A DNA stretch of 63,420 bases, filler included, from Folioceros fuciformis (lineage: Eukaryota): the NCBI GenBank assembly GCA_049999805.1. It is 6 parts of 6 records of this genome, joined end to end, with 100 filler letters (N's around TTAATTAATTAA, not from the genome) between each part and the next. Parts side by side here need not be neighbours in the genome. Positions count along the whole stretch, not along the records: positions 21,726 to 45,994 come from JBNGIO010001227.1; positions 46,095 to 53,007 come from JBNGIO010001228.1; 4 more parts are not named here. One strand, given 5' to 3'. The notes under the pieces are model-generated. The model saw nothing but the letters and a program-made list of their open reading frames with translations, did not search any database and was not told where the DNA came from. The stretch's first letter is position 1, and every line of letters starts with the position of its first letter. Shown here piece by piece: positions 34,301 through 48,201 of the stretch. A program made the translations under genes and the position numbers.

Positions 34301-37300
34301 TAAAGTGTATTGGGCGGCCGGGCTGCTCAGCTGAACATCCGCAAATGTGGGTTACTTGGCTCGCAAGACTGAGCTTGACTTGTCTACTTTAAATCTTTGC
34401 AGTTCATCTTCTCCACAGCTATTGATGGCAAAATTAAGGCCTGGCTTTATGATTCTTTGGGCTCAAGGGTTGATTATGATGCCCCAGGTCATTGGTGTAC
34501 TACCATGGCCTACAGTGCGGACGGAACTCGGTAAAAATTATAGAATTTTAGCACCCCTTCAACTCCTTTGTACTTAAGCCTGCTGTAAGGATTCGCCTTG
34601 TACTCTTGTCTCTGATCTGTGCTTGCTGCCAGGCTTTTCTCCTGTGGAACGAGTAAAGAAGGAGAGTCTTATTTGGTTGAATGGAATGAAAGTGAAGGGG
34701 CAATAAAACGGACATACTCGGGGTTCCGGAAACGCTCTTTAGGAGTTGTCCAGTTTGACACTACAAGAAATCGTTTCCTTGCTGCTGGAGATGAGTTTGC
34801 AATCAAGTTTTGGGACATGGATATAACAAGCATTCTGACGACTATTGATGCTGAGGGGGGGCTTCCAGTAAGATGGACTCGAGATTCGTTTAAAATTCGT
34901 GCCTTGTTATCAGTACTCCAGGGTTGTGCTACCTGTTTACACTTATGAAGAGTGTTATTACCTCGTGTGATTTCCTTTTCTGCCTTCTGCAGGCTAGTCC
35001 CCGACTACGGTTCAATAAGGAAGGATCTTTGTTGGCTGTTACAGCTGCTGACAATGGGATTAAAATCCTGGCTAATGCGGATGGGTTGCGACTCCTTCGT
35101 GCGTTTGAAAGTCGTGCTTTTGAAAGAGGGCCTCCTGAGCCTGTGGTATCCAAGGTGAGAGTGGTCCAAGTTAGATACACGTGGTACAGAGGCAAGCCTT
35201 GTGAAATCTCCCGAAATTTTGGCTGGCTGGGGGTTTGTTTCTCAGCAGGAGTTTGACTTTAAGGTACCATTCTTTGTCGTTGAAACACTGGTTTAGGCAC
35301 CAGGAGTTGGGATGAACCCTCTGACAGCTGTTGGATTACCCGCTGCTCCTTCTGGTGTGGGTGTGGAACGCCCGGATAGAACATCGACGGGAGTTACAAT
35401 GGCTGGACCGGTATTAATAATGCTACGTCAATGTAGAACTGTGGAGCTTTTATGCTTTTATAAGGTAGTACGTGATTAATCTTAGCTAGTTTGAGTGTGT
35501 AGAACGGTGTTGAAAGTGTTCGGACGTCAGATACTAAAGCGAGGGGGCCAGAAGAAAGCACAGATAGGACCAAAAGCTGGAAGCTTACTGAGATTTCAGA
35601 TCCTCTGCAATGTCGTTCGACTAAACTTCCTGACACTCTACCAGCCAGCAAGGTATGCATTTTGACACCGTGCTGTGAGGATAACCTCTTGTTGTCTATA
35701 GCTTACGATTTCAATACTGCAACAGGTTTCAAGACTTATATACACCAACTCTGGCGTAGCCCTTCTGGCCCTTGCATCTAATGCTGTGCACAAGCTATGG
35801 AAGTGGCAGCGCAGTGACCGAAACCCATCAGGACTGGTAGGAAAACGCGTTGCATTTCTGTGTTGTTGCAACTGCTGCTGTATCGATGGTAGGTTATGAT
35901 GCCCATAATCCATGAGTCTCCGATGCACAGGCAACTGCAAGCTCTCAACCTCAACTATGGCAGCCAAATAGTGGCATCCTTATGACTAATGACATCAGTG
36001 AGACAAATCCCGAGGAGGCAGTGCCATGCATTGCCCTCTCAAAAAATGACTCATATGTGATGTCTGCTTCTGGGGGAAAGGTGTCTCTGTTCAATATGAT
36101 GACTTTCAAGGTTCTTAAACGTTACACCGTGCCTTCTAATTGAAAGTACACTGGAAAATGTCCCTCTAGTTGATGGGTGCACCTTTGCAGGTAATGACCA
36201 CCTTTATGCCGCCACCCCCAGCAGCGACTTTCCTTGCGTTCCACCCACAGGACAACAACATAATTGCAGTTGGCATGGAGGATTCAACAATTCAGATCTA
36301 CAATGTCCGCATTGATGAGGTATGGTGCATATTTACCAGATTTCTGTCTTGGCTTAGAAATGCTGTGAAGCTAACAAGTTATTACCTGAAGGTCAAAAGC
36401 AAGTTGAAAGGCCACCAGAAAAGAATTACAGGGCTTGCGTTTTCAAATGCTCTCAATGTGCTCGTCTCCTCCGGTGCTGATGCCCAGGTGAGGAGCATTT
36501 GCAGTGGCATTCTGCTTACACGCTTGTGTACATTCACAGTATTGATCCTTTTCGCATTTGGTTTATACTTTTACTTGCTTTGAGACATCTCTAATTATCG
36601 GTTGGCATGGCAGCTATGTGTATGGGGAACAGATGGTTGGGAAAAGAGGAAGTCAAAATACTTGCCAACTCAGACAGGGAGAGTCCCACCTCCGATTGGA
36701 GGCGACACAAGAGTTCAATTTCACAACGATCAAATACGTCTCCTTGTGGTGCATGAAAGTCAGCTAGCTGTCTTTGATGCAGGAAAGCTGGAAAGAGTGC
36801 GCTACGTAAGATGTGACTCGTGCTCGATTTTGTTAGCAGGTGCAAGATGTTCCTTCTCTCTTTTTTCTGAGTTTGTTTTTTGTTTGCAGTGGGCACCAAG
36901 AGATTCTCTGAGCTCGAGCATCACAAATGCAACTTATTCATGTGATAGTTTGCTTGTGTACGCGGGCTTTATGGATGGCTCTATCGGAGTCTTTGATGCT
37001 GACAGCTTGAGGCCTCGTTGTCGACTTGCACCGTCAGTGCATATGCCTCCTGGTGTTGGCGGGTAAGTGGCAACTGCTAGTGTTGCGTATTCGCATTGCG
37101 TTGGGGGTTTTGCACTCACTTTTGTCAACTCTGGTGCAGAGCACCAGCGTATCCTCTTGTCATTGCCGCCCATCCTCTGGAACCTAGTCAGTTTGCTCTT
37201 GGACTGAGTGATGGTGTGGTGCAAGTGTTGGAGCCTCTCGAGGCTGAAGGGAAATGGGGAACTGGACCTCCCCTGGATAATGGGTCATCTGGTGGTCCAT

Positions 37301-37347
37301 CTGCTCCTGCACCTTGCACCCAGGTTCCTGAACAGGCTCAGCGATGA
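31327..37347 (+). CDS. TPL: TOPLESS / TOPLESS-RELATED co-repressor (LisH-CTLH-CRA plus WD40), multi-exon
   Basis: Starts MSSLSRELVFLILQFLDEEKFKETVHK; contains KVDDNRYSMKIFFEIRKQKYLEALD, LNWQHQLCKNPR, SCVMSMDFHP, TTFMPPPPAATFLAFHPQDNNIIA; ends EGKWGTGPP...QAQR*. About 25 short GT-AG-flanked exons. Confidence 0.97.
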
Positions 37348-38312
37348 TAAACTTGATGCATGCATTCATAGAACGTGTTTTTGTCGGTGAGATGCTTTTT
37401 TGAAGCCATACATGAATTCTAGCACATGCTAAGTTGTACCCATCATTTTTGTGAGCCATTGTGTAAACCTGATTATGCAATGGATCATGATTGTAGAATA
37501 GCAAACATCTGGAATTGATCCTCCAGTTCAAACGTCTGGAACTGGATGTGAAGGTACTCGATGAAGTGACTTGTACAGCGTCTGAAAACTTTTGTACGGG
37601 AACAGTGGTAACAGGGGCGTGGGCTTATTTATGCGCCATTTGTCAGAGTCGCCAATTTGCTCCATGGACTGCTTTCGGGTGCTGCGACGGGTGGAAGCTT
37701 TCCGTGGACGAGATCTGTGAGGCCGCTTTTCTACTCGCCTCGTCGTCGCTGGATGGAACCTCACCTCCCCGTTCCTTCTCCCCCTTCCTTCTCTCAGTCG
37801 TGCTATTCCATCCCCCTCGCTTTCTCCTGTCTCCTCTGCGTACGCGTTGTCTCGTGTTCTGTAGTCTTTTCTCCCGTATTCAACGTGTATGTGTACGGTG
37901 GGCTTTTTTCATGGAATCTCCATCGTAACGGACTGTGTGTTCACCCTTTTTCCGTATATGATACCAAACGTTCTCCAGCATATCTTAAATGTTACTATTG
38001 TAGATATCAGAAATCATCCACTTTCATGGTGAACATGTAGCACAGTAAAAACATTTTCATACACATAAATGGAAACACATGTAGAATACATGACTAACAC
38101 GAAAGAACGAGCAACAGGGGAGTGGATGTATGTCGAGCCCTTGCCAGGAGTGTATGGAAGGCAACCCTTAAAAGAAGATGTGCACACTAATTGCCATGCA
38201 CTTGGCATGGTATCAATGCCAAAATTCAATTTGTGTAGTAGAGCTACAAATGGATGGCTCAAGGAGACAAGTCTTAAAGGCACTATATTTGATGTAACTT
38301 AACAACATGGCA

Positions 38313-39990
38313 TGTTGGTAAACAATTTGCATCCTTTGAAGAAGCCCATGGAGAAGGTGTTTACACTAAACATGACTAAATGCTAGATAGCGGAAGACAC
38401 TGAAAAAACATTGTGTATATGAACAAGGAAAAAAACGATTATATGAAGTACAAAGTAAAGTATCTTATATTGTATTGTATGTAGAAGTTACCCTAGGTTA
38501 ATTTAACCATGCAATTGTGAGGTAATCTAACAAGAGTTAAATACTAACCCTAACATATCCTCTTAACCAAAAAGGTTATTAAGCAGAGTGAACGTGCAGA
38601 CACAAGAAGTCTGAGGCTACCGCTTAAGCTTCAAGAGCATGACACACGAGGAGATTGTCAAAAGATGGAGATATCAAGCTCACTTTTGCTGGTTACCTCC
38701 GTCATAGCCATTGCCATTGGAGCAGCTCCATGGAACGCCATGGAGCGAACACACAATGGAGCCCTTAGCAGCTAGAAGAGACCAAGAGACAAGTTGGAAG
38801 AAGAGAGTACCATCAGCGAGGAGGAGAGTTCGAAGAAAAATTGTTGGTCGATGTAGGCAGACAAGGCCCTGATCAGCCACCTCCTGCTGAGAGTGAAGGA
38901 GTGTGACAAGCTCGTCGAGCTTCTCAAGTCAGTAAAGGCTAAAATGCTGGAGTTACAAAACTTCATGGCTAAGACTCCAACCAGAGACCCACACATGCTA
39001 CCACTAACAAATACTGAAATCAAGGCACTTGTAGACAAGTTGGTGAAGCTGGGCTACATTGGTCAAGTTGATGGAGGAAGACCATATAGTTCACATTGAA
39101 ACGTAATTGATGAAGACAGCTCACACTTGAATTTCTATCCATACACTTCATCCACTGAACTGCCTTCGAAAAATCTACTATATAGTGCAGACCTAGATAC
39201 GACACAAGGACCACCACAGCTACAGCACGGAAATAATAAGCATGTGTCGTGCTTTAGCTTACAATAGACAGACCTTTAGGAACAACTTGGAGTAGGAAGA
39301 ACAAACTCACGGAACGCCAAGGCTGCCACATGCTTGAAATGTATTTGCTAGGGCAGACCTTTAGTGAACAAGTGTGTTGTGTTTTCATCAGTAGTGTCAT
39401 ATTGTACCTTGACTAACCCATATTCTTCAACATCTTTAATGTAATGGTTTTATAACTCAATGTGTTTTGTACAAGCATGGAATCGGGGATTAGAGACTAA
39501 AGCGATGGCAGACATATTGTCACAAAACAAATATGTGGGTTCAGGTTGAGGTAAGTAGAGAGACTCAAGAAACTAATGTTGCCACTCTATCTCCTTGTAG
39601 GCCTCTGTCAAAGCGTTGTACTCAACCTCTTTTGGCGACAAAGCTAACGATGTTTGCGTTTCGCAAGGCCAATTCATAGAGCCAAACGACAACAAACAAG
39701 CATAAGCTGATACTCTCTTACCCAAGCAGTATAGTAGGGGGCCTTGATCCGTCATTTTGAATTCTGACATAAGGACAGCCTTGATCTTGGTGAGCTGAAG
39801 AGGCTATAGCTAAGGAGAATGGCATCATCAACGTAAAGAGCAAGTACTACAAACAAACCAACTTCAATAAAAAAGAAAACATTCGAATAAGCCAGGGGCT
39901 GAATAAATCTAGACATGCATACAAACTCTGTCATGCATTTGTACCAAGCATGAGGTTATTGCTTCAGTCCATAAATTGTTTTGAGAACCT
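38313..39990 (-). mobile_element. Ty1/Copia remnant (RT/RNase H) with a probable canonical TG...CA 3' LTR at 38313..38555
   Basis: Minus-strand LALYVDDAIL, SEFKMTDQG, FCDNMSAIALVSNPRFHACTKHIE; purine tract GAGGATA then TGTTAGGG...TACCAACA. A plus-strand GAG-pre-integrase scrap (LLWHSWLIHINH) lies at ~40200. Confidence 0.75.
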
Positions 39991-41668
39991 ATGTCCACCA
40001 CTTGCTGAAGGAGTGTACTTTCTGGCTAGAGTTCGGTAGAGGTGATTGCCTCCTTGAAAGGTCTGTTGCTCCTAGTCATGTGGTTGCTAGAGGTTGTTCG
40101 CAACATGACCTCTATGTCTTCTCTGTCGCACCGGTGATCACAGCTTCCTGATCCTAGGTCCCGCATTGGCATCTGCAGTTGACATAGGGAGTTCTTGCAA
40201 AGGTGACTCTCTATTATGGCATTCTTGGCTTATACATATTAACCATGATAAGAGTTTAGAGATGTTTAGGCAGGATTTATTTAGGGATATAACAAGGCCT
40301 ACGCCTAATGGTTGGATTCCGCCGAATCGAGCTTCAGAAGAATTTCTTTGGTTATTTTCGTGGTGCATATCCTCGATTCATTCTGTTTCATGTGGAACAT
40401 GCCGAAATAAACTGAACAATGTTCAAGACGCACTTCGTATTCATCATGTTCACAAAGAAAGCAGGCAAAAGTGCAAGTTGGTAACATGAAACTTCCTTGA
40501 TACTATTCAGTTACATGGTTGGAATGTCGTTCCCGGTTGCAGCCACATGCTATGATAAATTCCAAAATCAGCATTATTGGTAGATGGTAAATGTTAGGGA
40601 CATTTTGAGTTTCAAACATTTCTGGTTGATTGCATCGGTATGCCGTCGCATGGCCATAGTGTGTGCACTAGTCTACCGCTGCACACATCCATTCAATGCG
40701 CTGGTCTACCGCCGCACTCCTTGCGGAAGTGTGCCGGTCAGCTAGCGCACACGTTCGTGGGGTGCGCCAACTGACCGGAGCGCTACTAGAAGGGGCATTC
40801 ATATACGGCACTGGCAAACCAAGGGATGCATTTACAGATTACCAACCACAACTATCTGCAAACATTGTTTGGACATGCACATTTGACAAGGGTGTGAGGT
40901 ATACATCAAAGTACTTTCCTAGTACAGTTTAAGTATTTGCCAGTTGGTCATCGATTCCATCTAGAGGATTATCCTGATCTCATTTAAGCACATACAAGTT
41001 CTTTCTAATAGGGTTTCGAGTGCAATCATGAAGTTTTTTTTAAAGCTGTCACCATAATGATTAATCAAAGTATGATTAGTATTTCCAGGAGGATCCATCC
41101 TGGGTGTGTTTGGTGACGCTGAGACTTCTTCTTTGACGTTAAATACTCCAGCCATAGAAGTCGATCTAGAGGACTAAGCCTCGGTGGTACAGCTTTTCAT
41201 TTTCTCTATTGCATGCTCAAAACTCCTCCCTTGCGTAATAACGTGCATTAGGAGATGACAATGTTCTATGTTTTGGCCTTGCAGACTATAGGAATTAGGA
41301 GTGTTAGTACTAGCTCTCAAATTTGGGATATGTTGGATTGCTAGCTCTAATGCTTTGACATGCATTAGGCTAAGAACTTCTAGCAAATCACGTCTAGCTA
41401 GCTTACTCAACTTCCCTTAATCTGGTTTAGAAATTAGAATAGATGCAATGAAGTTAGTTATGCAGGACGAGGTTTCATCAATCTCTCCTGCTATAATCTG
41501 TGAACTTCTATTGCTTCTAATGTTCTTGCTCCTAACTTGTTCTTGTTGTCTTGCAGGGCAATCTCTTTTCCTAATTCTAGGCCTCCTCCTTCTAAAGGAA
41601 AACCCTTCCATAGAGAGGGGACAAGGAATTAGTGCATAAAAGCATTACTAGAAAAGATATATTTCCAT

Positions 41669-44600
41669 GAGAAGAAAACATAAAAGAGCAGCAATTCTAG
41701 AATGAACACAATCCATCTAGCAAGGTGCTAGATTGAAAAGTGCCTCCTAGATAAGCTCTTTATATGCTTGAAGCTACACATGCATAGTGGAGAGCAAAAT
41801 GCTCAGATACCATGATGAAAAGCACTCCTTGCTCTTAGATGCAAAGTAGTATAATGCAATGAATTGATTAAAAGAGTAAAGTACAAGCCTTTATATAGGC
41901 TGATTGGTTATGGTGGTTAGGTGGTTATAACAATATGTTGTTGTAACTAATATAACAACTAACTACCTAGAGCAACTAAATAGGTAACTACCTAATGCCC
42001 TAGATGATAAAATAATGTTTAAGTGATGTGGCCCTGATGAGTAGTGCCCTAAACTAGATATATTTCATCACATCCATGGTTGCTCCTTCTACCCCCACCG
42101 TGGTGCAGTCCAGGGTGAGTCCAAAACATTCCACCCGATTCAAGGAATAGGAATGTCCCTTTAGTAGTCCCCCTCCTCTTCTGACCATGAAAAGTGTGCA
42201 AAGGGAAACTTGTCTTCCTCTTCCCCCTCCTCCAAATCAGATTTGTCCCCTATGGACGTATACCCCTCCGTGTCCGTGGGGGTCTCATTAGAATAAGTGT
42301 CCCGACTCCAACTCAAGCAAATCCTGCCCTCCTTTTGTCTTGGGGTCCCATTTTGGTGGCTTGAAGGCTACTTCCTTCCTTCCCCATGACAGCCTACACC
42401 TTGAGCCATACAATCAAGTTTTGCCTACCAAAATGTCATACCCCAGTGCCTTGTGCTAAATAACCACAAAATCTAGGAGGTAGGGAATGGTCCCTATGAT
42501 TGTGGTCACTCCTCTTAGCTCCCCCACCAATTGCATCCTAGACATGTCAGCCAGCCTCAAGACCTTGGTTGTATGCTCTACCTTCAACCCAAGCTTCCTG
42601 GCGGTGTCCTTTGTCATGATATTCACTCTTGAACCTATGTCCCGGGTAACCCTCTTAATCACGCAGCCAGCAATCTCCACTTGCAACTCAGCTGGCCCTT
42701 GATCTACCATGGACACCATGCTGACCATAGGAGCCGAAACCCTTGGACCCGGCTTAGGAAGCCGCTTCTTCTTCTTGGGTTGGGCTTCTTGCAAGGCCTT
42801 CCGGACTTGCTGCCGGTACTTGGGGTTGTCCTTCAAGAGCTGGCCAAATGTGACAGCGAACTGCTGATCCATAATGGTCCCAGCCAAGTTGAATGGCTTC
42901 TAGATAGTCCCGGATGGGGTTTTAATCACTGCTGCTGCCTCCCTAGGTGACTCAATTGCAGCCATAGGAACTGCCACTCTGCTGCCTTAGCCAGCTCTTC
43001 TTGGATCATGTCCATGACCTCCCCCCGTACATCTAGTGGAAATTCGAGGTTCCTCTCCTTTCCATCCTTTGCTGGAGCTGCTTCTTCTCCAGTCCGTGGT
43101 GTTTCCCTCTCGAAGGTCTGCCTACCCTTGTCTCCATCCTCATGGCCTAACTCTTCCACGTTTGGAGTGCTCCCCTCTTCCCCCTTCGATCCTGCAGTAG
43201 ATTCAGCTCCCTTCCTCCTCTTCTCGGCACTGCATTGGTTTCCTCTCCTCCTTCCACTATGGGTGCACACCGCCATGGTTGCAGCCTCCCTATAGTAACC
43301 ACCTCTTGTGGTGTCCAGGTCTTCCAATCCCCTAAGCACTTTAGCCTCAGCCTCCTCCCAAATAGCCATGAGAGCATCCTCCACATGCACAGCTGTTGCA
43401 ACTCCTTGGGTTGCTACTTGCTACACCTCCGTCACAGGTGGTTGGGCAATCCGCACACTCTTCCTAGGGTTTTGGCAATGCACGATGCCTGCCACATGAC
43501 CTTGTTGTTTGCAGTCTTGACACAACCTATCATTATCTCCATTGCCCTGCCTAGTTGCTGATGGGCATCTATGGGCATAATGTCCAAAGCCATGGCAATT
43601 GTAGCATTGGACAACCCTCGCTGTTTGGTTAGCAACCCTACCCACCTGGTTGCTGCAACCACCCATGCCCATGGAATTTTGCAGAATGGGAGGGTGAGTT
43701 GTCTTGGGATATTGCTTACCTTGGGGAACCTCCTGGATCTGGTAGGAGTCCTCCACAAGCCACTCCTCTTCCTCCCCCTCATAGGTCAGCAAGTGCACCT
43801 TGGCCACTTGACAATGGGACTTAGTATGCCCTTGCTCACCACATGTGGAGCAAAACAAATTGGCACGGCCACTAGTTGCAACCCTCCTCCTCTCATGTTC
43901 CTTGACAGCATGGAGATGAAATTTCTCAAACTTACTCATCATCTCCTTCATCTTGGACTCTTGCTACCCAATCTTCTTAGCTGCAACCTCAGCCTCCTTC
44001 TTGACTTGCTCCACCTCTTTCTTGGCACTAGCCACCTCTTGCTTGGCCTTGGCCAGATCCTTGGCCCCTTTTGTCTCCTTCTTCCTCTTAGCAACCTTCG
44101 CCCCCTTCTTTGTCCTCCTCTTCTTGGAAGCCTCGTCCTCCGAGGACTCTTCTTCCATGTTGTCCTCCGCTGAAGATGAAGAATTCCCCGATGTTGATCC
44201 TTTTGAAAAATCACTCTCCTCGGAGAAGTCTTTATCCGAGGTGGATGACTCCTTCTTCTTCCCTTTCCTATACTTCTTCCTATCCTTCTCTTTCACCCTC
44301 TCCCTCTCCTTCTTGGATTTCCTCTTGCCCCAAGGGTGAGATTCTTCATAGTTGAGGGCTGCCTTGATGGCTGGGCATTCCCTTTGATAGGTGTTGTTTT
44401 CCGGACCGCTAGTCTGAAAGGAGATTGTATGCGCAGCGGGCTTGTTGAAGTATGGATGTTGTCCAAAAGACTAAGGCGTATAGGCAGTGATCGGTAGTCC
44501 ATGTCGTCCCCTTTTGAGTCATCCTCTTCAAATAATCACCACGAGTATAGTAAACTAATACCAGGTTTTCCAGATAGAACAAGCAAATGCCTTGCACGAA
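41669..44600 (-). mobile_element. Gypsy-like LTR element remnant: gag with three CCHC-type knuckles and aspartic protease
   Basis: CSTCGEQGHTKSHC, CYNCHGFGHYAHRC, CQDCKQQGH; VTFGQLLKDNPKYR and protease-like DIGSRVNIM. A putative LTR begins TGTGATG at 42072 (minus). No RT seen; boundaries approximate. Confidence 0.7.
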
Positions 44601-45059
44601 GTGAATTCCTCACCTACCTTCAGAGTCATACTCCGCTGTTGTCCTTGTCACCATATGCCGCAAGAAAGAAGCCTACTCATCCACGCCAACGTCTCAGGGA
44701 TCTCACAAATGGCCTTCCTTACAAAATGCAAGCTAGCCTTACCCAGAGTTTGATTGAAGATATCACAACTCTAACATAATTAAGTTGCCACTTGAATATG
44801 AACGTTTGATCAAGATTAGAAATAGTTGTTGTTGTGTATGAACAACGTTTGCAATTGTTGTTGGAGTCTAAATGCTGGAGACGTAGTTCAAACTCCTATA
44901 CTATTTCCATTAATGGATTTAAAATTTGAATCTAAAACCCTAAATATCATCAAGTGGCTGAGACATCATTGTCTTGTTGCAGATCGAAACACTAGTCTTC
45001 CCTATTTATCATTCATAGGCTCTGGAGGTCAATCATAAATGGCAGCTGGTCGTCGGAGC

Positions 45060-45350
45060 TATAAGGTTATTAAAGCCCAATGTGCTTAGACTAATGTGTT
45101 TAGTCAAAGATTAGTGTCTAGTTAAGTATCATTTGTTTAGATTAGCTTAAGCTAATCTGTAGGAAGCTTCTTGCATAGCTTCTTGTGCGCTTCTTGTGAA
45201 GCTTCCTTGGGATCTCTTCTAGAGGGTATAAATACCCCCTTGAGCTCTCTTGCAATTGAGATTGTGTGAGAGTGTCAGACCTCTCTTTCTCCTCCCCTCC
45301 TTGCTTCCTCCTCTCCTCCTTCACCATGTGGCTCCCCTAGCGATTCTTCA
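45060..45350 (+). mobile_element. Solo LTR (~291 bp)
   Basis: Highly similar to the reverse complement of 58918..59210. Ends TA(for TG)...TCA; flanks GGAGC / GGGGC form a 5-bp target-site duplication with one mismatch; internal TATAAATA. Confidence 0.88.
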
Positions 45351-45994
45351 GGGGCAACAAGCAATTAAATGTGGTAATGGACGCGTAGGCAATGGAGGCA
45401 CAACCGCGGTTGAAGAAACAACGCCAGGCTATGAAAGCTTCAGCTCACGTTGCATTAGGCCCATTCTTGGAAAGAGACAGCCAACGACAACCCGTGGTTA
45501 CAACTGGGGATGTTACACCTCATCCACCAGTTGTTCCAATCAAGAAGAACAATTCAGCTGGGAGTGTCCGTGCATTGAACAGCAAAGTTGGCGAAGTCCA
45601 TATTAACCATGTTCTTGTGAATGTGACCCAGGGTGGTAGTACTGAAGGTAGCTAGAAGCACAGCATTCTGAATGTGTATAACTTTGTAGAGTGTTTGGAG
45701 CTTGAAGACACGCTCGCCAAAAGATTCAACACAAACAAAGAGTGGTTTTTGGTTATAGAGGAAGAGCCAGAAGATTGAGCTTTGCTGTGGGTGCCACTGG
45801 TGGCTCTATGGGTTAACGGTTTCCAAGGTCTGCAAGACGATGAGGTAGGGAGGCCTAGTTGGATTCTATGTGCATCTATTTGATGGTGTGGATAACAAAA
45901 CCTAGCGTGAACGGGATCGATAGGGTAGGAAAGATGAGTAATGAATGAATTCTTAAAAATGTGTGAGTGTGTGAGGCCTTTATGGCCGTGTCCC

Positions 45995-46094
45995 NNNNNN
46001 NNNNNNNNNNNNNNNNNNNNNNNNNNNNNNNNNNNNNNTTAATTAATTAANNNNNNNNNNNNNNNNNNNNNNNNNNNNNNNNNNNNNNNNNNNN
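45995..46094. other. Assembly spacer
   Basis: N run with TTAATTAATTAA. Confidence 0.98.
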
Positions 46095-48201
46095 CGGAGA
46101 GCCTGGAACCGGCAAAACGCTGCTTGCGAAGGCGGTGGCTGGAGAAGCAGGAGTCAACTTCTTCTCTATATCAGCTTCCCAGTTTGTAGAAATATATGTT
46201 GGAGTTGGAGCATCTCGTGTTAGAGCCCTTTACAATGAAGCTAGAGAGAATGTAAGGAGCCAAACACCCATGGATGCAGAGTCCTTTGTTGAGGTGTTTT
46301 CAATTGTTAACTCCATTTATTGCATGAAGTTCCAAATTCTTGTCAAATGGAGGAAAGGAGGTAACTGTTCTCATCGTGTGCAGGCACCAGCAGTTGTTTT
46401 CATTGATGAGTTAGATGCAGTAGGGAGACAGCGAGGTTTGATTGGTGGCTCTGGTGGTCAGGAGCGAGATGCTACTTTGAACCAGGTAACTCTATGAGCT
46501 CTAGAGGTAGCTTGCCTACTTTTCTGTATTTTGGTCACTCTTAAGATGTCAACGGCGGTTACCTGCAGCTCCTTACGTGCCTGGATGGGTTTGAAGGGAG
46601 GGGAGACGTGATCACAATAGCGGCCACAAACAGACCTGATATACTGGACAAAGCTCTTGTCAGACCTGGTCGATTTGACAGGAAAATATACATCCCAAAA
46701 CCGGGCACCAAAGGTCGAGAAGAAATCTTGAGGGTCCATGCTCGGAACAAGCCTATGAGTGAAGATGTAGACTTCACTGCTGTTGCTGAAATGACTGAGG
46801 GTATGGTTGGAGCTCAGCTTGCAAACGTACTGGATGTTGCTGCTCTGGCAGTTCTGCGCGATGGTCGAACGGAGGTAACCACGTGGGCAGCTGACGCTGC
46901 CCTCCTTTGTTGTGATGTCCGCTTGTCCTCTTCATATATCTCCTCAAAAAGAAGCAGTTGACGAAGTTGATGTTGTGTATTGCAGATCACGACAGATGAC
47001 TTGCTGGAAGCTGCTCAACTAGAGGAAGGTGGGCATCCAGACCCGCGGCCCCGCAGTGAAACTTTGTTGCGGAAGCTGGCCTTGAATGAAGCAGCCATGG
47101 CTGCAGTGGCTATGAATTTCCCCGACTTCAAGAACATCAAGCTGGTGAGGAACACAAGTACTCACTAGGTGATAGACTGGCTTCTTAAACCTCACTTAGA
47201 CCGCGTGAACTGACTTTTTTTTTGCTTATGATGATGGTCAGCTGACCATCATACCGAGGATGGGTGAGGAGAAAGGAGCAATACGGTACCGTCCAGATCG
47301 CTCAAAGTTTGAGTTACAGTCCGTCAGGTATAGTTGGAACACCGTTTTTTCCTACATGGTGGTTTTATGACTGCTAATACTTGTCGTTTCTAATTTGAGT
47401 TTCTTGATCTGCCAGTCGGCAGAACATGCTGGAGTATATCACGGTGCAGCTGGCCCCACGTGCAGCTGATGAATTGTGGAATGGTGCCGACCAGGTATGA
47501 CTCCAACCAGTAGTGATAAACAACTGGATGATTCCTGGGACACCTTTCGGTTCCCAGAATATATAATTGTCTTGGCTTACTACAGATGAGCACTATTTGG
47601 GCCGACACGGTGGATCAAGCAAGAAAAACAGCTAGAGAGATGGTGTTTGCTGGGCTTTCGGACCGTGAAGACCTGTATGGGCTTTACGATTGCTGGGTTG
47701 AAATGGATCAAGTCCGGGTAAGTTGTGCGTATGTGGTTTCTATCCAGCAACCACCATGGTTTGAGTGCTCGTTCTGACGTTTTTGTGAACATGGCACAGG
47801 CAATCGACATTGAAGCCCTGAAGATCGTAAACAGTTGCTATGCAAGGGCCTTGCAGGTAACTTAGAAGCCACAAGCTGACAAGTCTTGATTCTTATGAGT
47901 TCAGCCCGCATCAGGCATTAATCTGCGTGCGTGTGGGTGTTATTAGCAGATTTTGGAACGGAACCGCATTTTTGTAGATAAGCTGATTGAGTGTCTGGTT
48001 GAAGAGAAGACCATCAGACAAGCTCAGTTCATGAAAGTTGTGGACGAGTATGCTGTGCTTGAGGAAGCGGGTCCTCAGCCAATTGAGATACGGGAAAGGA
48101 GTGTGGCTGAGTTCCAAGAAGAGATGATCCAGCAAAAACGGTCTTCCCACGAGAGATGGACTCCCCAGGAGGAAGTCCAGCCTGCCGCCGGCAGAATCTG
48201 A
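46095..48201 (+). CDS. FtsHi2: Proteolytically inactive chloroplast FtsH-like AAA+ ATPase (FtsHi2-like), 5'-partial, multi-exon
   Basis: Walker A GEPGTGKT, Walker [44 protein letters not shown]. The zinc-binding HEXXH is replaced by NEAAM in [30 protein letters not shown] follows. Confidence 0.88.
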
